NCBI GenBank assembly: GCA_001642005.1
Contig: LWCA01000051.1
Location: 2,592 to 66,591 of the forward strand
Source: Intoshia linei
Lineage: Eukaryota; Animalia; Orthonectida
Direction: 5' to 3'
Length of the DNA stretch: 64,000 nt
In this document: piece after piece, positions 24,847 to 38,599 of the stretch
Layout of the letters: the number at the start of each line of letters is the position of its first letter
How positions within the stretch are numbered: the first letter of the stretch is position 1
Notes under the pieces: model-generated
What the model saw: only the letters and a program-made list of their open reading frames with translations
Database searches by the model: none
Told to the model about the DNA's origin: nothing
Position numbers and translations under genes: made by a program

Positions 24847-27800
24847 ATGAATCACCCTAATCCAGATTTTCAGACAACTAATTCATCAACTGTCGTGGGT
24901 CGTGGGGATTACTACGTACAAAACAATCACCATAATCCAGAGTCCAATATAAATGGAAATAAGGTAAATTAGTATTTAGTGGGTGTTTCGTTTCTAACAA
25001 TCTTTTTAGTATCAGTCTAGTTCGTTGGATGGTCAACAAAAGCCAGATACAAAGTTTGACCATCAATCTCCGTTTTCGCATATAAATATAAACCAACCCG
25101 AGACTTCTAAAGAAGGTAACTATTTTGGTATTGACAAGAAAACGGTAAACCATTGTATATTTAGGCATGCAAAATTACAATCTCATAAATTTCATGAAAA
25201 AAGGAGCATCCAAAAATCCAGATTTGCCAGTCTCGGACCCACCAAAATCTGAACATTGTGAATACCAAAATATAAATAATTTCTCAATAGAGGCTGATAA
25301 TGAAAAATTTTCCAAAAATAATGAAAACAATGCACAACAAAAACGAAACAAGGAACAAGTATACGGGTAATTAATTTGAAACACATGAAACAAATTTTTA
25401 TCGTATTTCAATACTTAAGTTTAAACACATACATTTTTAATCATATCAAAAAAATTTTCCATTTTTTTTCAATTTTTCTTCAATTTTTTAAATATTTTTA
25501 ATTACATTTGACATGATATATTGCTGTATCAAATTACATTTTAAATTAAAATTTCTCCGTGTCGTTTTTGTTTGTCAATTGTGATATATTGTATGTGATA
25601 GACACGTTCTTTTTCCGTTGCTGGCTCTAATCTTTGAGAAATGCGAATTGGCAACATGCACATCGCGGGAAAGTGGATCTGCCAATATGGACGTTTGCTC
25701 CTCTGCATCGTTTAATGAGGATATAATTGCATTTTCAAAGCAGGTAATTATTCAATTTTGATATGGTGGGAAAATTCCAAAACAAAATTTCACGCGTTTT
25801 TATGGAGGTTTTGTTAATGCTAGCCAAATTTTTTCAGATTTTTTAGTTTTACTGAGTTTTATTGACAGTTTTAGTGTCACCGGCGTGAGAATTCTCTCTT
25901 TATATACATGCGCAATAAAACGGTTAATCATAAAACATTACGATAAACACTATTGTTCAATTGAGACTTTAATATACTACTTTTTTGGCAATTCATAAAA
26001 ATTTTGACAAATCTTTTCTTTTGTTGTCAAATTGGAATTTAGTTTTATATATTGCTCTTTTATTCATTTTATCCCTTAAACCCTTTTAATGTAATTGTTT
26101 TATTGTACTTATTTATACATTTTAATTTTAGAATTCCTCAAACTCTGTTTATCAAAGTAATAACCCGGATCTTGACAGCTTGGTAATTAATCTAATGAGC
26201 CATTTTATGTTTATTTAGATGACACAGGCTATCCAAGTTTTGCGATTTCACCTTCTAGAAATTGAAAAGGTTTTTTATTTGTCTTAATTAATACGTTTAT
26301 AATGGTATTTTTAAAGTATTAACAAAATTAATATCATTTAATTTAAATTTAAGATAACCCTTTCTGTCTTTGAGTGGACCTCAAACAGAATTTAATTGAA
26401 AAAAACTTTAAAACAACCTTAACATTTGAATACAAACTAATACCCTAAAAATTAATATAACAATTGAAAAATGCACTTGAAAGGTATTTTGAAAGTAGTC
26501 ATATAATAGACTCTAAAATTTAAAAACGCACATTACGTTTATTAAAATGTATGCATGTTTTTTTGAATTTATTTGACTCTATTCATTTCAGAAGGACAAC
26601 TAGTCACAATATCTAATGAGGCATTGTAATTTTTAATTACACAACATTTTTTAAAAAATATAAAAATATAAAATAACTATTAATATATTGTAAAAAGTAC
26701 ATTACTATGATTGACAGTTATTGTGCATTTATATTTGGAACGTTTTGATCCTACTATTTAGGTTCACGAATTGTGCGACAATTTCTGTCAAAGATATATC
26801 AATTGTTTAAAAGGAAAAATGCCTCTAGATTTGGTTATCGACGATCCCAATTCAGGAAAAGATTATAATATTCAATGTTTACGATCAAGTTCAGGAAACT
26901 CGCAACATTCAGATTATAAAAATGATGAACCAAAAAATAAACGATCCAAGTTCAACGATGATGCTAAAAATAGTAAATACTTTGGTAATTGTTTATATAA
27001 GTATACTTCGGTTGAAACGATGTATAGATTCCGTATATACCATTTGAGTTAACTCTTATTTTAGAAATTATTTTCTGAAATTTTTATTTAATGACAGGGG
27101 AGGACCAAGGCATTCATTTTTCATATTATAATTATTTTTTCACCCAATGGCTCAGATTTTTTGGTCAAAAGCTATTTATGCAAATGGACAGATTAAAAAA
27201 CCCGTAGTCACCGTTATATGTCTGAATTTAGTTTTTCAATCACATTCGTCATGTTTGTAATTGCAAGACACAATTCAGAAATTTTTGTAGAGAGTATAGT
27301 CTTGTACAGCGTGTAATACACAAATTCTCGTGTAATGAGCTAACATATATTCTGACAAACCTACAATGAAAATAGTGTAGGATAATACTGCCTTTATTAG
27401 TACGCTTGTGATAGTAAATTGTAAGAATTCATGAATATTTCAATTCATATGTATAATCTACATTGAATCCCAAAGTGGGTTCTTAATTTTTAAATCTACC
27501 GCCGGGCGGTTTAAAATTTACCATTTTTTAATTTATCAGCCTCGTTAAAATAAACCGAAATATTATTTTCACAGTACAATATTCTTTTCTGCATCGCCAA
27601 CACTCAATACCGTCAAAAATATTAATTCTCTTCATTGCCACTATAGAGAGGGACTACTGTATTAACAATTTACATTTCTTAATAAATAATATCGTTATTT
27701 ATTACAATTTGAAGCATTTACCAGATTTATAAGAACCGTAAGAACCGTAAACTAGTGATTGTGCCGGGAAAAAAACCGGCACAGAATTCCCGGGATTTCT

Positions 27801-30800
27801 CGAAAAAAATTGAGACATATCTGTATTTAATTTATGTTTGTTATTACTATGAAAATCTGATTATATTATAATATTTAAAATTTACCATTTCAAAAATCTT
27901 ACCATTAATAAAATTTAATTAAAAATACCATTTCAAGCCCTCATGGAATTTAAAAAAATCATGAAAAAAATATAATTTTCCAGCTCTTAATGGAAAAATA
28001 TCCTTTTTCCAATACTTTTTTTAAAATCCTCTTAGTGCAACCACAAATTACTAACGTTTAAGGGAATTATCCTCTTTTTCCAATACTATTTTAAAAAATG
28101 TTACATTTTTTTTCAATTATCACTGTAAAATAAGAAACGAAATTTTTTAATTGAGTTCGGATTGGTAACATTTGGGAACCACTGATGTAGATGGAAAAAA
28201 AGAATAGAATATTTTTTTATTAATTTCTAGTGGTCAAATTTAAAAGTAACAGTAGAATCTGCACGAGCAAAGCCGTTTTAAGGCATTGGCAATATGGGCT
28301 GTAGCCCAGGGCCCATCATTAAAAAGAGACCCCCAATTTATTAAAAAATAATTCACATTTATATCTTAAGAATCAGTTTATAAGTTTTGAAGTGTGGGAA
28401 TTCAAATAGCTAGAAATAAAATACGTTAAAGAATCAAAGTTCTGGTAATTATTCAATTTAAAATATATTCTACAATGTTCATCATATTATATTGACATAA
28501 AAACTGTTTCAAATGATAATATTGAACATTAAAACCTTTCTATTAAAGTGAATATTCAAAAAAGAAAGTAGGAAATTAACAAAAAAACTATTTCAAATGA
28601 GGATTACAACCTTTCTAAAATGTAAATATTCCAAAAAGAAAGTAGTATTCAAATGAAAAAGTAAACTTTGTTCATTAATTAATGTAAGTCGGTTTTTGTA
28701 AAAGGAATAAAAGTTACTAGAAACCTACATAATATCTTTTAACGCTTATATTAATACTCAATGAAATAAGATTCTAAGTCTCCAACCACCAATATGCCCT
28801 GTCTTCTAAACAGGGGTCCTAACTTTTTTATCGCTTCGCTCAAAATTATAAAGGGCCCGGCCCTTTGCTTAGCCCAGGGCCCCGAAGTGGCTTAAGACGG
28901 CTCTGTGCACGAGAACACTTTTTCCAACTCTACCAGCATTTCCCGTCAAAAATTTTTATTATGCATTCATGATCGTTAGTAAGTTTGTCTTTACTAACTA
29001 TCCGTAAATTATTACCAGTAATCTATGTGGTTTGTATATGTATTAACCTTTAGACAAGGACACTGTCCAATGACGAATTGATATGCAATCCATACAGATA
29101 CATAGTATCATAATGCCATTTCATAACGTTTATTATTTACAATTCCAACTATTATTTTAAATTCTTAGAAAATAAACGGTTAATTAAACAATGTATAACC
29201 ATTCCATTTTTAAAAAAACATTACATGCATATGGGCTTACAATTTTCATTTGGTCCGGGCCTACTGCTGCTGCTACACGGCTCTGCCATCTATGGACTAT
29301 TGTTTTTTGTATTATTTTATATTATTCTATTTACATATTACTCCTCTCTTAACAACTAAAGTTAAAGATGAATGAAGGACTTATTTTTATTTCTATTTTA
29401 AGTGTTTTTATACCTTATATGGTGCGCACAGTCAAAAATATTTTTAAATTGAAATTGAAATTATATTGTAGATTGTAAATGATTAAGGTGATTTACGGTT
29501 AGGGGTAATAATTCATGATTCATGAAAAATAAAAAATAGTTAAAATAGTCACACTAGAATTCTGTAACACAATCCAAAGTTCGTGTCCAGGCGTGCTGAA
29601 TCGTGGTTGGTGTCGTATTGAGGAACGCAAAAAGTAAAAAAAAAAAAAAAAGTCATAAAAAGGATGAAAATGAGTGATTTTCTATTTGATTATAATTTTA
29701 AATGTTTATTAAAAATACATTAATCTATCACAATTTATAATAATTACTAATTACGTGAGCCATAATTTTCATTTGACATTGAGATATTGTCAATTCTTCA
29801 CATTCTTTGGTACTTCAGGTCAGTTTAGGAACGATTCATACTGTAACAAGAACAATTAGGTAAGATTAAGAATGTTGGGTTTACAAAAATTTTAATTTAA
29901 TTTTACATCATGACGATTTAAGTGAATATCTACGAAATTTGAAAAAAATGATCAATTACACCAGGTGGTTACCTCTCCGCCGTTTCTTTGATAAAATAAA
30001 TTTATTTGTAATAATTACGATTCCATACATATCATATATTGTTTTTTGTATGAAAATTCCTTTTTTAAAGGAAATCCTTTTTTTACATTAAAATTTTCCG
30101 TTAATTAGTATGTATACTTTAAGGCTTAAATGGTATCAAATACACTTGAAGCAATTAATAATGTTTTCATTGAATAATTTATTAATTAAAATATTATAAA
30201 ATTTTAAAATTAGATAAATTGGACAGTAAATTAAATTCAAATGGAAACTTTATGGGATTATCTAGTATTAAACATGGATCAAAACTTAATGTAAATTGTA
30301 TTTTATATTTACGATAATTTTCATTATTTCCATATTTGTGCCACTAAAAATAAGACTCAACAACAGCTGATCAAAAATGTATTTATTGACGTTTAAAAGA
30401 GTAAGCTGTTGTCGAGGGTCATATTTGACAGTCGGGAGACATTGTTTGGAATAAAGTGAACATTCGCTTTAATATTAATTTCAATTTCGTGCATTATTGA
30501 TATATTGATTTTACATTTAAAAATACATTTAGAAGGAATTGAAGAAAAAGCCAGAGTCTAAACGTTCCCTCGACAGTAAGTTTTAGATTATTTATACATT
30601 TTATTGTTTTATTGAGTTTTATGGAATTTTATCGTGTTTTATGATCCAATGTGAGAACTTTTAGATGGTATCTCTGCATTCAACACACTTTAGTAATCAA
30701 GTTTTGTTTTGCTCATCAAGTTCTTAATGTCATGTCAAGAATATGACTGATTTGCATTAATTAATTAAAGATAACATCAATTCATTAGACTAAATTAAAT

Positions 30801-33800
30801 GATATGTATCATTGTTGTGTATTATCGTATATGTACATGGAAATCCATTTATTGAGATTTATTTAATTTGCGTATCAAGTTACACACGCCATTATCATTT
30901 TTCGATTAATTGAGCCCTCAAGATAATTTCAAATACTGGCTAATCCCGATTTAAAATAAATAAATATACATGTGACCTCTTTACATAAAATTAAAATAAC
31001 ATTTATTTTTCAAAATCAAATTGTATGACACCTTAATAAGTTTCCCGCTGTTTCAACAACTACGTCAGCAATTGCTTCTTTCAAGGGTCGTTAATCGGTC
31101 AATTGACTGTTCATGTAAATATTGTCTTTATAAGTATTTTATCAAAGCCAATCTATATTCTTATTTTTTAATCAGTTTAGAATGTAATTACGGTTTATAT
31201 ACAAGGGTGGGCCAAGATGTTTATACTAGTTTCAATTTTTTAACCAGTAAATTAAAAAAGAGTCAATTTCAAAGTTATTCCATCTTTTTAAACTCTTTGT
31301 GTAAAAATTGGAAAAACCTTTTTTGTGTATTTCGTCGATGGGTCACATCAAAAAACAATTTTTATAATCTTTGTATTCAATTTATCATAAACACTACCAA
31401 TTTCACTTATTGAAACTTGCTATATGCTATTTATACTATTAGTAGATGAAGATTCTTCTGAAGACAGCACTTCACCTCGTCAACAAAAAAAACGGGGAAT
31501 TTTCCCTAAAGCCGCAACAAATATATTGAGAGCTTGGCTTTTTCAACATCTTTCAGTAATTTTATTTAAAATTACATTTTTATTATTTTTTAGCATCCAT
31601 ATCCGTCTGAAGATCAAAAAAAACAATTAGCATCTGATACAGGACTCACAATACTGCAAGTAAACAATTGGTATTTTTATTTTTATTTATTACTAATTTA
31701 CGATCATAAAACTTAAAAATTTAATTTATTAATCTCTTGGTTTAATCAATAATGCTTAATCAATAATTACAGTAATGATAATAATTTCAACAATTTCAGT
31801 TATAATAAATTGAGTAAATTCAATAAACAGAAATTGGACATGTAAAAGTTTATTAGTTTTCTAAATTTAAAACCATATTGTTTACAATTATAAACAGTTT
31901 TTCTTTTTATTTTGTTTACTATATAATTATAACAGTTGATGCGTTGACAAATTCATTTCACGCTATATATTACCATTTTATTGTTTATACAAAATTTTTG
32001 CTAAATGAGATCATGCGGTATTAACGTTTTATAAGATTTAACTTGTTTAATTATAATTATAATTAATTAATCCAATTTGATAGCACTTTTTTTGATTTTT
32101 AAAAATTTTTAATTTATATTAAATTGAATTTAATAATGATAATTTCTATCCTTACTTTTTTAAAGTAATTACATATGTATTGCTAAAAATGTGTGTGTAT
32201 AACCATTTGATTGACCACCAATTGAAAAAACTGACAGTCCCAGAATTTCAAAAAAAAAAATTCTGAGTCAGTTTCTTCTTCCTGTCTAATTATTCTACCT
32301 GTAGTGAAATCGACATAGAAGATGACATTATATCTAGAATGTATTAATAAACTAGAAAAATTCTTTATTTTTGATAACTTGAATGGCTTAATCGCATTAC
32401 AAACCGTGAAATAAACTATATTAAAAAAAAGACCCAAAACAATATGTGATTTTTATAAAAAAATAAATTAATTAATAATTAATTTGTTTGTTCGTTAACT
32501 TTTTTTATCGAACAAGAAATTTTCATAAAAGTTGCTGTTCGTTAAATTGAGGTTTGACTGTAATAGTTTGCAAATAAAAAAAATAAACAGTATAATACTT
32601 TTTTAAAGTGAAATAATTAATTAAGAAGAATTTTTTTTCTCTATGCTGACTGGAAAAGCTGTATTAAATTTAAATCTAATTAATCTTAAAATTCCAGAAA
32701 TTAAAATTTTTATTTTTTTCAATTTTCAAAATGTGTCTTCTGTATGTTTGAACATGCAAATTACACATAATAATAATAAATTGTATAAGACTGCATCAGA
32801 CTTGAAGAACTGTATTAGAATTAGTGTTGTATTAAATTAATAGACGATATTATGGCGTAGTTGGTTATTTATTTTTTAAAAAAGGTGTGATTCCGTTTTT
32901 AGCCGTTAAGATGCCAATTTCTGAAAATGACATTTATCTCAATTTCTACGCCGGAAACGACTGACTTTAAATTTCATAAATTTTTGGGACTGTCAGTTTC
33001 TAAATAAATGGTTCTACAAAGGCAGACACATATTTGGCAATTTGAGTTTATATACAGAAGTAATAACTTTTTAATTTTTATAATTTATGCAATCTTGCAT
33101 AAATTGATACATTTTGCATTTGACTGCCTTGGATTATCATCATTATCATGTGGGAATAATATTATGAATGCATTATTAATATTCAAGTCTTTAATCTTTA
33201 AAAAAAATTGTACATTTAATTAAAACTGAAAAATGATACATTTCGTTTGTTATTGAAAAATAAAATTATTAATTAAATAAAACAGACATTAGCTCATATC
33301 GATAATATATAATATCAAATTTCCATAAATTTATCAAACATCTTATTTTTTCACATATTCAATTCAATTGCAGGGTTAATGATGTTTTTAATGTTCCAAT
33401 GTGAGCATCACTATTAATGGACTACTGTAGTTTATAATGTTTTATAAAATATCAGAAATAATCCATAATTATATACCAAAATATCATGTGAACCCGCGTT
33501 TCCCAACTTTTAGTTTCTTGCTACCTGATTAAAGTGTAATATTTTTGACTGAGCCGTAAAGAGCTGTGAACAAGTAAATAAAACGTAAACAATGATAACA
33601 AGCATATTTCAATAAAGGTAATTTGATGGGACCTAAAATTTTTTTTTAATTTTACACAATATACAAATTAAAATATTTTAGGGGCCATTTGTCACGCCAG
33701 GGGGCGACGCCCTGTACCCACCTAGACCCGCTATTGACTCATGAATCTATGAAAGATGTATACAAAATTTAAAGGGATTGTGGTTATTTGAAAATTTTAC

Positions 33801-36255
33801 TTTTAATCTCTGAAATGTAATATTTTGAGTTTAGTATGTTTTATTAAATTTCCTCACAAACAATAAAACAATATAAATTGTAATTAAAAACATGTACAAC
33901 ATAGATTAATTGATTGTGATCCAAACATTATTGTATACATTCATACGATATATTATTATCAATCTTAATTGTATACCTGCGACACAAATCAATAATGCGC
34001 AATTATAATTTAATATTTACATTACATGTATGTATTTGGACTACAAAAGTTAAAAAAATTTTTAGTGTTTCTTAAAATTTTTACTTCAGGGTGCTGATGT
34101 GAAATACTTAAAAAAAATACATTAAGAAAAAAATACATTGATATTCGAAAATGTGCAAAAATTTAAAACTATATATAATTTAAATTAAGCCAAAATGACA
34201 ACCCTATGAATGCAAAATTATTTTTGGTTTCAAATTTAAATTGTCTGTGTGTTTTTAATTTAAAAAAAAAATGTATAATTTGTGGTAAGATTTACGATAT
34301 TAATGATTTTAAAAACTGTCGCAGAATTTACCCTTTCGTGTTATCCCGTTTATTAAACCAAATATTATAAATGTATGACTCTTTTCGTTCTCGTAAGGAA
34401 TGGTAACTTTATATTGATACATACGTTAAATAGTGAAAACAGTTTACCAATTTTTTTTCATATCTAAGTCATCCTGTTAATTAATATCTCGTCAATACAA
34501 TTAAATTTCGTCAATAGAGATTTGATATCAGTGTTTCCAAACCTTTTTTACTAAATTATAGTACTTATTTTGATATTACCCACAATATTTTTTTTTAACT
34601 GCAAATTGTATTGTCGGGTTTTAAAATAAGAACCATACAATTTTATAAAAATCTGATTGTACAAAATAGAAAAATAAAATCATTTCTGAATTTTATAGGC
34701 TGATATTATTTAAAAAAACGGGAAATTGTGTTTTTGACCCTGAAAAACTCATGGTATGAAAATTAAATTGCAAAAAAACATCACTAGCAAAACTGTATTA
34801 GAAATTTGATTTTTTTAAATTCTAGAACGGTAATTTTTTAACTGCAACAGACACATTTAATTTTATGTGTAAAGAAGACACATTGTGGCTCTTTTTCTTT
34901 TTTTTCATGAACAATTATATTGTACACTGTGCATGCGACGCAAAAAAATTCCGCTATTATCCATGAAAAATATCAAACTACCCACAGGTTGGGAATCACT
35001 GACTAACATTAGACTCTAGATCAGTGTTTCCCAACCTTTTAAGTATCATGCCCCACTTTTATCCTTACGAAATTTCTACCCTCCACCATAATTTATAGCA
35101 AATATTTCCATGTAGTGTCCTAACAGATTTTTTTTATGTTTATATATTACTGCGCAAAAAACTGGAGTAAAATTAAAATACCTAAATATAACATACAATA
35201 AACCGAATTAATTTGTGATTTTTGAGTTTGGTGTAAACATTTTTAGTCTATCAAAAATATGCGAATTTACCAAAGTTTAGTTTATCTTGTTCAAAAATTA
35301 TCATTGCTGTAACTTTACCTGGTAAAATTTACCACTGTGTTTCAATAGTAGTTATAAGTTATAATTTAATATGTGATAAACGTGATGTGGTCAATGATCA
35401 CTGATCATCATTGTAATCAAAAACGCATGTAAAAATACCTCTAAAAATATATATAAATTTTAATAAAAATTGAGCTTATCAATGAATTTGTAACAATAGA
35501 AAATCATTGATAACTAATCAATTATTTTGTTTTCTAAAATTTTTAAAACCCAACCAAATATTTACAAGCTCCACTCAAATTTTCTAAGCTCCACGTTGGG
35601 AATCACTGCTCTAGATAGAAAAACCATATAATAAAAAAATACATTTTTCAACACATTAGTATATTGGTTTTTAATGAGATCTTGTTATATTCTTAGCGGC
35701 GCACCGGTTAAGAATTACTGGAATAGACAGTGAATTTTTGATAACCGAACTTATATAAATTTCAGTTCCAATTTAAAATAATTTATTTTTTACGTTAAAT
35801 TTTAGGTTCATTAATGCACGTCGAAGAATCGTACAACCAATGATAGACCAGTCGAATCGAGCAGGTAAAATTAAAATTTTGTCAATTAAAAAAAATTAAA
35901 CCCTAGGACCAATAAATCTATACCATCCAGACATTTCAGCTTCTACAATACCACCTTACATGGATCATAGTCAATTCATGCCTCGTTCAAGTATTGTGAA
36001 TATTAATATAATCTAATTAAACATTTAGATATAACTAACTTAAACTCCAAAGATATCTTCATGTCTAGATCTCCGTTTTCAATTCCAAATCCAAACTATT
36101 ATAACATGCCGACGCTACCACCTTTTCGTCAACCGATAAATACAGGGCCAATGATGCTACCAAGCCCAACGGCTCACATGTTACCTTTTAATCCAAGCTA
36201 TCCACACTCACTGCCAACTCCACCACAACACAACACCAACAAATTTGATTTTTAA
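24847..36255 (+). CDS. Meis: TALE homeobox Meis/homothorax, ~14 exons
   Basis: HM domain [31 protein letters not shown] (25602-25743), [17 protein letters not shown]|[27 protein letters not shown]. Homeodomain [24 protein letters not shown]|[26 protein letters not shown]|[19 protein letters not shown] (31443-31670, 35806-35864). Pro-rich last exon. Confidence 0.97.
28268..28905 (-). mobile_element. hAT MITE family A, copy 2 (inverted relative to copy 1), in Meis intron
   Basis: Same TIRs and internal sequence on the opposite strand; perfect 8-bp TSD tgcacgag. Confidence 0.9.
34529..35001. mobile_element. Charlie-like hAT MITE (TSD not retained)
   Basis: cagtgtttccaaacc ... ggttgggaatcactg. 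Confidence 0.6.
35022..35608. mobile_element. Charlie-like hAT MITE in Meis homeobox intron
   Basis: TIRs cagtgtttcccaac / gttgggaatcactg; perfect TSD ctctagat (nTCTAGAn-type target). Confidence 0.9.
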
Positions 36256-36386
36256 CCAAACCATTTTAATAAATCTTAAACCATATAAAAATTTTCCAAT
36301 TTATTCAAAAAATCAATTAATACAATCTTACAAGGTAAATTTTAATTTTGAATTGGTGATTATTGAGATTTAAAATGGTGGGAATA

Positions 36387-38599
36387 TTAAAGGGGTTGTT
36401 CCTGCTCTTCAACCAAAATATCTTCTATTTTCTTTAATTCGATTATTTCGGCTTGAGTGACGGATGTTTGGCCAATGGCTTGCGAATCGGGTTGAATTGT
36501 TTGGGAATTTTTAGTGTTGCAATCAATTTCGGATTGTAAATCATGTGTTTCCCGGGTATTTATGCCATATTCATTAATATTAACGTTAAGTGACTCAACT
36601 TTGATATGATTTTCGTTGTTTCTTCTACGACCTGATGAGTTACTACTACTATCGCTAGCATTGCTAGTAAGTTCGATTTCAATGGAATCTTTTTCCTCGT
36701 CAAAATTTGTCAAATCATTTGATTTATCCTGCACTTGCGTAGATTCTGGAACGTGGTTGCTAGTGTCCTCAGGATATTTGGCTTCAAGAAAATCATAACA
36801 AGTAGCAAGTTCAACATCCATATCGGGTTTTGTAACATGCTGTAAAACTCTGGTAGTAAATCTATTGTTTTTTTTCTCTTTCACTTCACCATCCGAAACA
36901 GGAATAACATTTTCTTTTTTTTCAGTATTTACAAGCGGTGGAAAAGGTTCAAATAAAAACTCGTGATCAATATCTTCTACGTTTTGTAGCATATCCTCTG
37001 GTGAAATTGATAAGCTGTCATTTGAGCAAGGGTTTGAATTTGAATCTTCTGCTATTTCGTCTTCAATAAACTGTTTCCTAATTAAAATTATATATAATCA
37101 ATTCAAAATTTACACGGAATTTACTCCACCACTGGGGTGACAAAAACTGTCCTCACTGTATCGTTTCAACAAAGAGCTATTAATTTTAGTGTATGTGACA
37201 ATACTACCAGTTTCACGCATTTCTAAATTAAACATTAATACTAATAAAAATAAACCAACCATTGATGCAGTTCAATATAACTTGTCTTCGCTTATCTTCA
37301 ACTTTTTTTACCTCGATGTCAAATTTTGGAGCATTTTCAAATGCAACAATAATTAAAGTCATATTGTCTCTACTACCCTAAAATCATGTAACATGGTGAA
37401 TGATTTAAATTTACCCGGTGGAGACTGGTATTGAGGACATTTCGAATGATTGTTTTTAAATCGAAACCGCATTTCAATTGATAGGCAACATAGTCCGATA
37501 CTTCACAATTGGTCATAACATCCCAAATCTATGCAAAATATAAACAAATTAAAAAATCAAATACGCCATCGCATGCTAAAATGATGTATTCAATATCTGA
37601 TGTGTTTTTTAGTGAATTGACGTCTGGTTCAGCCGAAACTATTTGTTCTGTGGCACTTATGTTAAACCCTGTTTTATAATCATAATCTCCAACTGCTCTC
37701 GAAACGGCTAACGAATAATTTACTCTACCACCCGCTACGACTCCTCCAGCCTTTTGGATTCGAGCACGTTCAGTAGTTGTTGTAGGTTTGTGATCTATTG
37801 TATAAAAAATAGAACGATTCAGACCAAACGTGAACCCGTTGTCTTTATATTGTAATTCTCCTTCGGCTTGCCTTTTATAGTCTGGAGACGTAGTAAGTAT
37901 TTCGTTTTCAAGGGAACAATCACCGGCAGTATTTTCTTTAAATTTATCTAGAAAATCGAATTTAGATTTGAGCAATGAGCTGTTATCAGCTAATTTAACA
38001 ATCACACGAGAATCACCACAATTTGCAATAAATATGTCATTTTTTGTAACGAGAATACATATAACAGTTGATCCACTTCTATCTATACCAGAACTAAAAT
38101 CTTTGTTTTGTCTCATCTCATCATCGAAAGATAGAAACCCCTTTTTGATGCATCTAGATACATCATCTTCAAAAGCGTCGAAAGCAGATTCTTTTCGGTA
38201 AGTATTCGACGTAAAGTATTCAAAATCATTGCCTTCGACAGAATCATGTTCATCTTTTGAATTTTCAGATTCTGCTTTCGAGTTTGTTGTTTGCTGAGAC
38301 GTGGTAGACGACTGTTCTGGGGTTGTATAATTTTCATCAATTTTTGCTAACTTGAGATATAGGTATATATGTTTAAACAAATGCTTGGCGCAGTATTTCG
38401 ACGCGGCTGCACCACCGTGACCATCAAAAACTGCAAAAAAACTCCACCCTGGATAACCTTCGATGGAAGTAAGAATGCAATAATCGTCTTCCATTGATAA
38501 CCGCCACCCTTGCATAGAACAAGTGGCAAATGACATATTCATCGCATGCCCTACCTCCTCATGTTTGTCCAATTTTGGTGAGCTGAGGAAAGTACCCAT
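36387..38599 (-). CDS. PPM1A: Protein phosphatase 2C, PPM1A/B-like, 5 exons
   Basis: MGTFLSSP (myristoylation-type N-terminus), SMQGWRLSMED, FAVFDGHGG, NCGDSR, DHKP, LAVSRAVGDYDYK, LACDG|IWDVM, GSRDNMT; long acidic C-terminal exon. Confidence 0.92.

Noticed and set aside
31021-33223. Nested genes in Meis introns (60-130 aa ORFs)
   Set aside because: F/I/L/K/N-rich composition typical of chance ORFs in AT-rich DNA; several use non-ATG starts.
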